This document shows, piece by piece, positions 8,896-17,551 of a stretch of DNA of 64,000 nt. Every line of letters begins with the position of its first letter. The first letter of the stretch is position 1. The DNA comes from an uncultured virus (IMG/VR IMGVR_UViG_3300020194_001970) (taxonomy: Duplodnaviria; Heunggongvirae; Uroviricota; Caudoviricetes), in the IMG/VR virus record IMGVR_UViG_3300020194_001970; one strand, given 5' to 3'. The notes below the pieces were generated by a model. The model searched no databases. It was not told the origin of the DNA and saw only the letters and a list, made by a program, of their open reading frames with translations. Both the position numbers and the translations under genes were made by a program.

Positions 8896-11800
8896 ATGTC
8901 AGAATCAACAAAAAAAATGTTAGAAGCTCTTCGAGAAATGGGTGCAGCCGTTTCTGAAAAGTTATATATCACAGGTTTATTTGACACCCCAACAGGTTAT
9001 CAAGGGTACAGTGGAGATTATTTGGTAGTAAGCGACAACGAAAGCGGCATACATTTTACAGGTATAGAAAAGATTGCTGCTGATCTAGTAGATTATGGAT
9101 TTAGTGCTGGCGGATCTTCGTTTTTTACAGGTCTAAATGATACACCCACTGTTTATCAAAGCGGTTACTATTTAAGATCTACCGAAACAGGCATCGAATA
9201 CATTGATGCTTCAGGGGTAGCTGCTGATATCGGCGACGAAATTGTTAACACAATAGTTACTGGTCAGCTTTTAGCTTTTACAGGTCTTTCAGACTCTCCA
9301 ACAAACTACCAAAGCGGTTATTTTGTTAAATCTACGAGTTCAGGAATTGAGTACAGCGAAAGAGTTGTATCTAAATTCGATTCTCTACCGACCACTGTTG
9401 TGGAAGGTAAATTAATCGAGGTAGACTGTGTTTTGTATATGGGATGCAATGGAATATGGTTAGATACAAGCAAAATCAATGGCCCAGAAGATGAACCTCC
9501 GCCAGCAATATCACCAACTTTTGAACCTCCATCAGATCCATCTGAATGTTCTTTTGGTAAAGCTGAAACCTTGTATCCACCCTTTTCTGATTCTAGGTAC
9601 AACCATAGAATTCATCAATTTTCAAATTATGATTTTACCACACTCTTAACTCATAGAGGAGGATTTTCTTATTATGCTTTTTACGACAAGGAGACTGGAG
9701 CTTGGTCATACAAGGGTTATTGGCCAGTCAATCATTGGATAACTAGCCCATCGTTTAGTCGAGATGGCAAAATTGTGGCCTACCACAATATGACAAGCAG
9801 TGATGCGAATATTTATGTTTATCAATACAAAGAATCAATTGAACAATGGCAGCAATTAGGAAGCAGAATTAATACTGCAGGTTATGATGCTAGAACTACC
9901 GGTATTATTGATAAGCCATGGGAAGTTGGAACCGCGCTTAATTTAAAAGGCAACCGATTGACATGGATTAAACAAGTTGACCGTTTCGGCAATGGTGGGA
10001 ATGGGGCCGATTTAATTTTAAGAACCGCCATTTGGTCTGGTTCAAATTGGACTTTATTGCCTGATTATTATCTGGTCAAAGGTTTTCCTAGTGACTACAT
10101 AATTAAAGTACTTATCAGTCCAGACGGTGCGACATTTCAAACCCCACAACCGTATATATGGTCTGAAGATGCGGAAACACTATTGTATCTTGATAGACAT
10201 GACGGTTGGACTATCGCTTCTTTACAAGACGAAAATACAAATACTTGGAGCAAACAAGCTATAGATATTAATTGGTTGCAGATTTCGAGTGCACACGCAA
10301 TCTATCCATGTCTATCAAAAAATGGAAAGCATATAATTTCCATGAATAGGGACGGAAACACTCGAGATATAGATGCTAGATTTGTGTCAAAAATAAATGG
10401 ACAGTGGACTTATAGATCTGAAAGGCAGTTTTCTCACCCAGAAAATGCAACCCATTATGCTCATCACATATCGGGCCCTCTACAAGCTTTTATTAGTGAT
10501 GATGGAAATAGTTTTAGTGTTTACTCTATGCTTGAAAAAAGTAACTCCTCGGGATCTCATTGGTCTAGCTCTTATGCTGAGAGAGAGTATCTATTTTTTT
10601 GGGACGAATCACAGTTTCCAAATCCAACTTGGCAGAAAGTAGCTCACGCGGATCTTTTTAGAGGTACCAGCAGCGATACAAGAACCCCAGGAATGAGTTT
10701 TGGATCTTATACCTCTAATTTATCTAGAATAACAAGAGGATTAACTCATCTTGTACTAGATGGACCTTGTACTCAAGAATACTTGGGCACAGAAACTGAA
10801 TTTTCTAATGATGACATTCGTGTTGCTTTCCTAGATTTAACTGATACTCCAGAAGATTATACTCTGGCTGGAAACAAGATGTTAAGAGTTAGCAGCTCAC
10901 AAAACGGACTTGAGTTCATAGATTCAAAATCGCTAGTAGAGGAAACTTCTTATACAGCATTCACCGGTTTAAACGACACCCCAACAGGCTACCAAGGTCA
11001 CAGTGGCGAATATCTCGTAGTTAACGATAACGAAAGCGGCGTACATTTTACAGGTATAGAAAAGATTGCCGCTGACCTTACAGATTATGGGTTTGGAGGA
11101 AGTTCTTCAACCAACACTCAAGAATTAACCGAGCAAATCTCTCAAACTATAGTTAATGACAATTTAATTATATTAGACACAGATTATTCATTTCAAACTA
11201 AATATTTAAATGGATCTATTTCTTCTGATAGTAATATTACAGATTTAGAGTTTACAAATTTAACAATTGGAGATACTTATCGATTGAGTTCTACAGTGTC
11301 TATTAATAGTGATGGTACTGCGGGCGATAAAATTAAAGTAAATTATTATCATGATGGAAATAAAATCGCCGCAGTTTATAGTGACAATATTAGCCAATCA
11401 GTAAGTACATCTGTGTTGTTCAATGCTACAAGTAATAGTTTATCGGTTTCTGGGCAAAACTTGGATGCAAATAATTATATAGAAGGAAATCCAAACGAAA
11501 TAACTTTCACACAAGTAGAGAAGATTAGTAATAATATGATCGCGCCAGAAATTATTGCTATCACAGACGGATCAACTCAAACATTTAACGGCGCTACAAT
11601 GGCTGATAATAATTACATCAAAATAGAAGGTGAAAATGTTTCAGCTACTATAGAAATTGATGGAGATTCATTCGTTGTTGCTCAAAGTGGAGATCAAATG
11701 GTTTGGGATCAAGGAGGAGCTGGAGAAACCACATTAAGTTTGGGCGAAGTTCATTCAATTACATTATCAAGCGGTAGAATAATTGAAATTAAATTTTACA

Positions 11801-12003
11801 GATCTGGGTCTTTGTATTTTAGTTTAGATAAAAAATATGAACCACCAGTACCTTTGGTCACTCCAAGTGTTACCGCTACACCATCAGTAACTCCATCTTC
11901 TACCCCAGTAGTGACACCAACAGTTACACCAACACCTTCAACTTCAAGTATTGTTCAAAATTTTGATACTTTTCCATCAAGTTTACCGTTTAAATTGAAA
12001 TAG
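8896..12003 (+). CDS. Putative fibre/adhesin: repeated TGLxDTP modules, probable beta-propeller, C-terminal Thr/Pro tract
   Basis: Several (F)TGL.D(T/S)P..Y..G modules; S.(D/N)G-type blade motifs; ends VTPSVTATPSVTPSSTPVVTPT. Confidence 0.55.
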   Translation: MSESTKKMLEALREMGAAVSEKLYITGLFDTPTGYQGYSGDYLVVSDNESGIHFTGIEKIAADLVDYGFSAGGSSFFTGLNDTPTVYQSGYYLRSTETGIEYIDASGVAADIGDEIVNTIVTGQLLAFTGLSDSPTNYQSGYFVKSTSSGIEYSERVVSKFDSLPTTVVEGKLIEVDCVLYMGCNGIWLDTSKINGPEDEPPPAISPTFEPPSDPSECSFGKAETLYPPFSDSRYNHRIHQFSNYDFTTLLTHRGGFSYYAFYDKETGAWSYKGYWPVNHWITSPSFSRDGKIVAYHNMTSSDANIYVYQYKESIEQWQQLGSRINTAGYDARTTGIIDKPWEVGTALNLKGNRLTWIKQVDRFGNGGNGADLILRTAIWSGSNWTLLPDYYLVKGFPSDYIIKVLISPDGATFQTPQPYIWSEDAETLLYLDRHDGWTIASLQDENTNTWSKQAIDINWLQISSAHAIYPCLSKNGKHIISMNRDGNTRDIDARFVSKINGQWTYRSERQFSHPENATHYAHHISGPLQAFISDDGNSFSVYSMLEKSNSSGSHWSSSYAEREYLFFWDESQFPNPTWQKVAHADLFRGTSSDTRTPGMSFGSYTSNLSRITRGLTHLVLDGPCTQEYLGTETEFSNDDIRVAFLDLTDTPEDYTLAGNKMLRVSSSQNGLEFIDSKSLVEETSYTAFTGLNDTPTGYQGHSGEYLVVNDNESGVHFTGIEKIAADLTDYGFGGSSSTNTQELTEQISQTIVNDNLIILDTDYSFQTKYLNGSISSDSNITDLEFTNLTIGDTYRLSSTVSINSDGTAGDKIKVNYYHDGNKIAAVYSDNISQSVSTSVLFNATSNSLSVSGQNLDANNYIEGNPNEITFTQVEKISNNMIAPEIIAITDGSTQTFNGATMADNNYIKIEGENVSATIEIDGDSFVVAQSGDQMVWDQGGAGETTLSLGEVHSITLSSGRIIEIKFYRSGSLYFSLDKKYEPPVPLVTPSVTATPSVTPSSTPVVTPTVTPTPSTSSIVQNFDTFPSSLPFKLK

Positions 12004-12006
12004 TTG

Positions 12007-12011
12007 GTGTA
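12007..12011 (+). promoter_or_regulatory. GTGTA motif, 9 nt before ATG
   Basis: ttgGTGTAtaatactgcATG. Confidence 0.6.
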
Positions 12012-12020
12012 TAATACTGC

Positions 12021-12614
12021 ATGGATTGGTCTATTATACTATCATCTTGTATAGTTGCGGGAACCACAATTCTCAGCATCTTTATTAAAGAGCTTGTTCA
12101 AAGCAAAAACAATAAAAAACAAGCCTGTGTCGTAAAATATACGAAGAAAAACGAAAATGTACAAAAAGCTGTAGACTTTACTCGAAACGCGACACAAGCA
12201 GACAGAGCATATGTTTTTGAGTTTCATAACGGAGATTCTTTTTATAGCGGAAATCATCAACAAAAATTTAGCTGCACATACGAATCCTTAGATGCTGGCG
12301 TCAGTTCTGAAAACATGAAGCTGCAAGACTTAAGGGTCAGCACATTCAATGCTTTTATTAAAGATGTGCTTGGCATACATGGAGAAAAACTTTTCAGACT
12401 AGAAGATATCGAATCGATAGACAGCCCATTATTAAGAAATTGGCTGGACGAACGCGGCATTCGTTCTTGTTACGCTTTCCCAATAGAAACCTTAAATCAC
12501 GGTGTTGTAGGAATTATTTGTATTGATTATACCAAAAAGAAAACAGAGATATATAAAAAAGATATCGACCTAATACAAAATCAAGCAAAAATAATTAGTG
12601 GTTATTTAATTTAA
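12021..12614 (+). CDS. Membrane-anchored GAF-fold protein, putative holin of T4 T-like architecture
   Basis: Single N-terminal hydrophobic helix followed by a GAF-like pattern ADRAYVFEFHNG...GIRSCYAFPI...VVGIICIDY. Confidence 0.5.
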   Translation: MDWSIILSSCIVAGTTILSIFIKELVQSKNNKKQACVVKYTKKNENVQKAVDFTRNATQADRAYVFEFHNGDSFYSGNHQQKFSCTYESLDAGVSSENMKLQDLRVSTFNAFIKDVLGIHGEKLFRLEDIESIDSPLLRNWLDERGIRSCYAFPIETLNHGVVGIICIDYTKKKTEIYKKDIDLIQNQAKIISGYLI

Positions 12615-12656
12615 TTTTAATTAGAATTAATTTAAATACATTTTTATTATGATAGT

Positions 12657-13001
12657 ATGTTATCAACATATTGTCAAAGCTGCGGCGGAAAAAACGAATA
12701 TACTGTAACCAAACCTAAATTTTGTTCTAGCTGTGGAACTCCATTAGCTCAGGGTTTAGTTGAAGCTCGAGGTGCTACTCCATTAAAGAAAACACATTCA
12801 CAAGCACGACCAATCCAAAGAGAAGTGCATGATGAAGATGGTACAGATATTTATGAAGTTCCTGATATATCAAATTTAGAGTATGAGATAGAAGTATCTA
12901 ATAGCAGTTTTACTTTGGGATCCATTATGCCCAGACAAACAATCGAACAAAACGATACTCCAACGAAACGTAAAAGAGGTAGACCGAGGAAAAATGGGTA
13001 G
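12657..13001 (+). CDS. Zinc-ribbon protein with C-terminal AT-hook
   Basis: CQSCG...CSSCG pairs; C-terminus KRKRGRPRK. Confidence 0.65.
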   Translation: MLSTYCQSCGGKNEYTVTKPKFCSSCGTPLAQGLVEARGATPLKKTHSQARPIQREVHDEDGTDIYEVPDISNLEYEIEVSNSSFTLGSIMPRQTIEQNDTPTKRKRGRPRKNG

Positions 13002-13692
13002 ACCCAAAAAAATTATATATGAAGACCAAATAGACGTTATCAATGAAGAAATTCGTAAGCGTAGACACAAGTGGTTTCTTGATTCTATGCCCTGGATAGC
13101 ATTTGAAGATGTCGAGCAAATCATAAGATTACATATTTATCAAAAATGGGATCAGTGGGATCAAAAAAGAGAATTAAAGCCTTGGATAAATAAAATAATA
13201 ACCAATCAATTTAAAAACATTTTAAGAAATTATTACTTAAACTTTGCTAAGCCTTGCAGTAATTGCCCTTTTGATAGTTCTGTTGGCGGAGAGAATTTAT
13301 GTTCATTCACAAAGAGTGGGTCTCAAGATAGCAGTTGCCCGCTTTATAAAAAATGGGAAAAAAGTAAAAAAAATGCACACGATGTAAAGATTCCACTTCG
13401 ACTAGACGCTAAAGAATACGAGTCGACTGAATTCTCGGCAAATACATTCAATGTAGATCATGCTATCGCAGCCGTACAAAAACACCTAAAAGAAGACTTA
13501 TCTGAAAGGCATTACAGGATATACGAAATGCTATTTATTGAAAATTTAGATGAAGATGTTGTTGCGAAAGAACTAGGATATAAAACAAATGAATCTGGAA
13601 GAAAAGCTGGATACAAGCAAATAAAAAATATGCGCAAATTCTTCAAAGAAAAAGTAATCAAAATAATCAAAAACAAGGATATCATATTATGA
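12994..13692 (+). CDS. Phage RNA polymerase sigma factor (sigma70/ECF-like regions 2 and 4) with Cys-rich insert
   Basis: EDVEQ..RLH...W.....L.PWI..I..N...N..R (region 2-like); LSERHYRIYEMLFIENL..D.VAKELGY (region 4 HTH-like); CSNC..C..C between them. Confidence 0.7.
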   Translation: MGRPKKIIYEDQIDVINEEIRKRRHKWFLDSMPWIAFEDVEQIIRLHIYQKWDQWDQKRELKPWINKIITNQFKNILRNYYLNFAKPCSNCPFDSSVGGENLCSFTKSGSQDSSCPLYKKWEKSKKNAHDVKIPLRLDAKEYESTEFSANTFNVDHAIAAVQKHLKEDLSERHYRIYEMLFIENLDEDVVAKELGYKTNESGRKAGYKQIKNMRKFFKEKVIKIIKNKDIIL

Positions 13693-14735
13693 ACTTAACT
13701 GAAGAACATAAAAAATTTATTGATGATAATTTTCACAAGATTCCAGATTTAATTGAATTAACGCGCGCGACATTTAAAGATGGAACGATTGATGGTAGAT
13801 CAAAGCAAGGCAGAGCTGTTAGGCAGTATTTAGCTTCAAAAGAAATCAAGTATAAAACTTCAGCTCACGAAAATGTCAAGCCAATAGTTTTAACAGAAGA
13901 GCAAAAGAATTTTATCGAACAATACTCCCAAGACGGAATGAGTAGCTATCAGATTGCACAGCTATTATTTCCTGATGATGAAGTGAAGAAATTAGGTAGA
14001 GAGCAAAGAACTGTAGGTAGCTACTTAGATGCTGTAAAGAAAAGAAAGAGGGAAGAAAATCGAGCTGAGCGCAACAAATATGATGAACCTAAAAATATAG
14101 CAGAATGCTTGGAGAAGGTAAATCTGTATACTGACGCAGGTCTAAAAGAAGGAGAGATGAAAGCGATGGAGAGAAAATCAATTGAATCTTTATTTCGTTT
14201 TTTAAAATCTCCAAGATTTACTCAGATTATAAGTAATTATCACAAAGAAGAAGATCAAGATTTATTTGAAGCAGAATTTATTCGAGCTACATGGGATAAG
14301 CCTGATTTAACTACTGATGAAATTAATTTATATGTAAATGTATGTGTTGATTATATTAATTTAAAAAATATATCTTCACACATGGAAAAGTTGAATAGAA
14401 TGTTTGATGAAGCTGATGAGCAACAAGAATTAACAGTTAGATTATCAGAGTTATTAAAAACAAAAAGCGAAGAGTATAATCAATGCGAGAAGAGACAGGA
14501 ATCATTGATACAAAGGCTTGCTGGAGATAGATCAAAAAGAATATCTCAACGTCAAGATCAAAATGCATCTATATTATCATTAGTTGAAAGCTTTCAAAAC
14601 GAGGAAGAAAGGAAGCTTATGGTAAAGATGGCAGAAATGCAAAAGAAAGCGATTAAAGAAGAAGCTGAACATCTAGAATCTATGAACGAATGGAAATCTA
14701 GAATAATGGGTATATCTAAGAGTGATGTCATCTAG
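13689..14735 (+). CDS. HTH/coiled-coil protein, possibly terminase small subunit
   Basis: LTEEQK...GMSSYQIAQLLF HTH-like segment, long C-terminal coiled coil, position upstream of terL. Confidence 0.35.
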   Translation: MNLTEEHKKFIDDNFHKIPDLIELTRATFKDGTIDGRSKQGRAVRQYLASKEIKYKTSAHENVKPIVLTEEQKNFIEQYSQDGMSSYQIAQLLFPDDEVKKLGREQRTVGSYLDAVKKRKREENRAERNKYDEPKNIAECLEKVNLYTDAGLKEGEMKAMERKSIESLFRFLKSPRFTQIISNYHKEEDQDLFEAEFIRATWDKPDLTTDEINLYVNVCVDYINLKNISSHMEKLNRMFDEADEQQELTVRLSELLKTKSEEYNQCEKRQESLIQRLAGDRSKRISQRQDQNASILSLVESFQNEEERKLMVKMAEMQKKAIKEEAEHLESMNEWKSRIMGISKSDVI

Positions 14736-15657
14736 CTTCAAATGTCAAGTGTGTCATGAAGAATTTGACACAGAAAAAGGGCTGCATATCCACTTAAAGA
14801 AACACAAGATGGATTTGGCGACATACTATACAACTTATTATCCGCGTAATAATTTACTAACAGGCAAACCCTTGCCGTTCAAGAAAAAAGAAGATTACTT
14901 TAATAACGATTTTTCTACTCGTAGTCAATTAATTAAATGGTGTATGTCTCAACCAAAAGAAGTTACAGCAGAATATGCGTTAAAGAAATTAAAACAAAGA
15001 ATAGAACTAAAAGGATTAAAATACGCTCCAAATCATTTAGAGTTAAAAATTAATAAGCTGCCAGATATAGATGTATACAAGTATGCTTTTGGATCTTACT
15101 CTCAAGCATGTAGAGAGGCAGGAGTAAGACCTTTACATAAAAGTAATATAGATCAAGATTTCTTTAAAGACGATAAGCATTTTGAGGATCTTAAAATCTT
15201 TATCGATACTCGAGAACAAAAACCATTAACATTCAATGTCTCTGAAGACCTTAAACTTGACTTCGGAGATTATACCGTTGGTGGAGAAGATTATAACTAT
15301 ACATATGTAGATAGAAAGTCTGATTCAGATTTCAAAGGTACATTATCTGGTGGATTGGCTAGGTTTCGAAGAGAATTACAAAGAGTTCAAGAATTTGATT
15401 CATATTTATTTATAGTAGTAGAAAGCGATCTAAATAGATTGTATAAAAACAATATGTATGGATCTCATAAATCAAATTTAGATTTCGTATATCATAATAT
15501 GAGGTTAATTTCACATGAATTCGCAGGAAGTTGTCAATTTGTTTTTACTGGCACACGAGCAAACTCTCAATCAATTATTCCAAAAATATTAACTTTAGGT
15601 AAAAAATTATGGGATGTTGATTTACAATATTATATAGACAAACATGGCTTGGATTGA
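14725..15657 (+). CDS. C2H2 zinc-finger + ERCC4/XPF-family nuclease
   Basis: CQVC...HIHLKKH at N-terminus; IDTREQKP...GDY...VDRKS..DF...RFRREL...LFIVVE ERCC4 pattern. Confidence 0.75.
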   Translation: MSSSFKCQVCHEEFDTEKGLHIHLKKHKMDLATYYTTYYPRNNLLTGKPLPFKKKEDYFNNDFSTRSQLIKWCMSQPKEVTAEYALKKLKQRIELKGLKYAPNHLELKINKLPDIDVYKYAFGSYSQACREAGVRPLHKSNIDQDFFKDDKHFEDLKIFIDTREQKPLTFNVSEDLKLDFGDYTVGGEDYNYTYVDRKSDSDFKGTLSGGLARFRRELQRVQEFDSYLFIVVESDLNRLYKNNMYGSHKSNLDFVYHNMRLISHEFAGSCQFVFTGTRANSQSIIPKILTLGKKLWDVDLQYYIDKHGLD

Positions 15658-17503
15658 AGGTAATCAAAATCGTCGACCAAAAGAAGACATCAATAAAGAA
15701 ATTCTTGAATTAGAAGGTTTTCTGGATGAAAAAGAAGCCAAGCAAAATCTTTACAAGTTTTTAAAGGATAATATTACATTTACCACTAGTTTGGTTGGAG
15801 GTGTAGATTTATTTCCGTTTCAACATATGGCTATTAAGGCTATGTTCGAAACAGATTATTTTATGGGAGTATGGAGTCGTGGTATGAGTAAATCATTTAC
15901 CACTGGAGTGTATGCGTTCCTGGATGCAATCCTTCACCAAGGGGTAGAGATTGGTATATTGGCGGCATCATTCAGGCAGTCAAAGCAAATATTCAAAAAG
16001 ATAGAAGATATTGCAGCTAAACCAGAGGCTAGAATGCTAGCTAATTGTATCACGAAAAAATCAAAAAGCAATGATGAATGGTTAATGGAGATTGGTAGAA
16101 GTAGAATACGAGCTTTACCTTTAGGGGATGGTTCAAAACTTCGTGGTTTTCGATTTCATAGAATTATCATCGACGAGTTTCTTTTGATGCCAGAAAGAAT
16201 TTATAATGAGGTTATCGTACCGTTTTTGTCTGTAGTAGAAAACCCTACACAGAGAGAAGATTTATACAATCTAGAAACCAAGTTGATTGATCAAGGAAAA
16301 ATGACCGAGGAGGAAAGGTATATTTGGCCAAACAATAAACTAATTATGTTATCTTCAGCCAGTTATAAATTTGAGTATATGTATAAACTTTATAGTCAAT
16401 TTGAGGGTTTAATTAATAATCAGACAGATAAAGCTACAAGATGTATTATGCAGTTTTCATATGACTGTGCCCCAAAACAGCTTTATGATCAAAACCTTAT
16501 TACTCAAGCTAAAGCTACAATGAGTCAATCTCAGTTTGAGAGAGAGTTTGGAGCATTATTTACAGACGATAGTTCTGGTTACTTTAAAACTTCAAGAATG
16601 GCTGCTTGTACTGTGCCAGATGGTGAAGATCCTCATGTAGAAATCAAAGGTCAACCAGAAGATGAGTACATATTAGCTTTCGACCCTTCTTGGTCTGAAA
16701 GTGAAAGTAGTGACGATTTTGCTATGCATGTATTAAAGTATCACAAAGACAAGGGAACTTCGACACTTATACACTCTTACGCTATGTCAGGAACCCCGCT
16801 CAGAGAACATATATTTTACTTCCACTATTTAATAAAAAACTTTAATATTATAGCTATCGTGGGAGACTATAACGGAGGAGTTCAATTTATTAATGCTGTT
16901 AACGAAAGTGAATTATTTAAGTCTAGCAATATAAAGTTAAAAGGAGTGGATGGTGATTTTGATAAAATGGATACTTATAAAGATGAACTACGTACAGCTA
17001 AAATGCAGTACAATAAAAAAGATTACAAGTATTTATTTTTAAGGAAGCCTACTTCTGATTGGATTCGTAGAGCAAATGAGTTATTGCAAGCTAATTTTGA
17101 CCATAAAAGAATTTGGTTTGGCTCTCGAGCGATAGATGAGTCTTACAACAAGCAAAGGGCAAAAAAAATCCCAATTGATAAGCTAAAGTTTATCAGGCTA
17201 TCTGAAGACGAACAACAACAAAGTGGTCAAGCAAAAATGATAGACTTTATAGAGCATCAGTATGATATGATTAACATGACAAAGAACCAATGCGCGTTAA
17301 TTCAAATTACAACATCTCCACAAGGAACACAAACTTTTGGATTACCTTTAGAGCTTAGAAGGCAGACTGGGCCTGACAAAGCAAGGAAGGACTCATACTC
17401 AGCTTTAGTGCTTGGTAGTTGGATGGTTAAGATATTGCATGACATGAATAACACGAAGGCTCAACAAGCTCATTCTACATTTACACCAATGTTTATAAGT
17501 TAA
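15644..17503 (+). CDS. terL: Terminase large subunit
   Basis: PFQ motif, Walker A-like SRGMSKS, LRG.R..IIIDE Walker B, LSSA motif III, RNase H-like LAFDPS...SDD...KDSYSA. Confidence 0.9.
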   Translation: MAWIEGNQNRRPKEDINKEILELEGFLDEKEAKQNLYKFLKDNITFTTSLVGGVDLFPFQHMAIKAMFETDYFMGVWSRGMSKSFTTGVYAFLDAILHQGVEIGILAASFRQSKQIFKKIEDIAAKPEARMLANCITKKSKSNDEWLMEIGRSRIRALPLGDGSKLRGFRFHRIIIDEFLLMPERIYNEVIVPFLSVVENPTQREDLYNLETKLIDQGKMTEEERYIWPNNKLIMLSSASYKFEYMYKLYSQFEGLINNQTDKATRCIMQFSYDCAPKQLYDQNLITQAKATMSQSQFEREFGALFTDDSSGYFKTSRMAACTVPDGEDPHVEIKGQPEDEYILAFDPSWSESESSDDFAMHVLKYHKDKGTSTLIHSYAMSGTPLREHIFYFHYLIKNFNIIAIVGDYNGGVQFINAVNESELFKSSNIKLKGVDGDFDKMDTYKDELRTAKMQYNKKDYKYLFLRKPTSDWIRRANELLQANFDHKRIWFGSRAIDESYNKQRAKKIPIDKLKFIRLSEDEQQQSGQAKMIDFIEHQYDMINMTKNQCALIQITTSPQGTQTFGLPLELRRQTGPDKARKDSYSALVLGSWMVKILHDMNNTKAQQAHSTFTPMFIS

Positions 17504-17537
17504 CTTTTTAACTTTTATAGACTTTTGTATAGACTTT

Positions 17538-17542
17538 GTGTA
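17538..17542 (+). promoter_or_regulatory. GTGTA motif, 9 nt before GTG start of portal
   Basis: actttGTGTAttatagtttGTG. Confidence 0.55.
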
Positions 17543-17551
17543 TTATAGTTT

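Noticed and set aside
15644..17503. Intein or intron in terminase or other core genes
   Set aside because: Motif spacing and lengths look normal; no intein terminal motifs or split ORFs seen.
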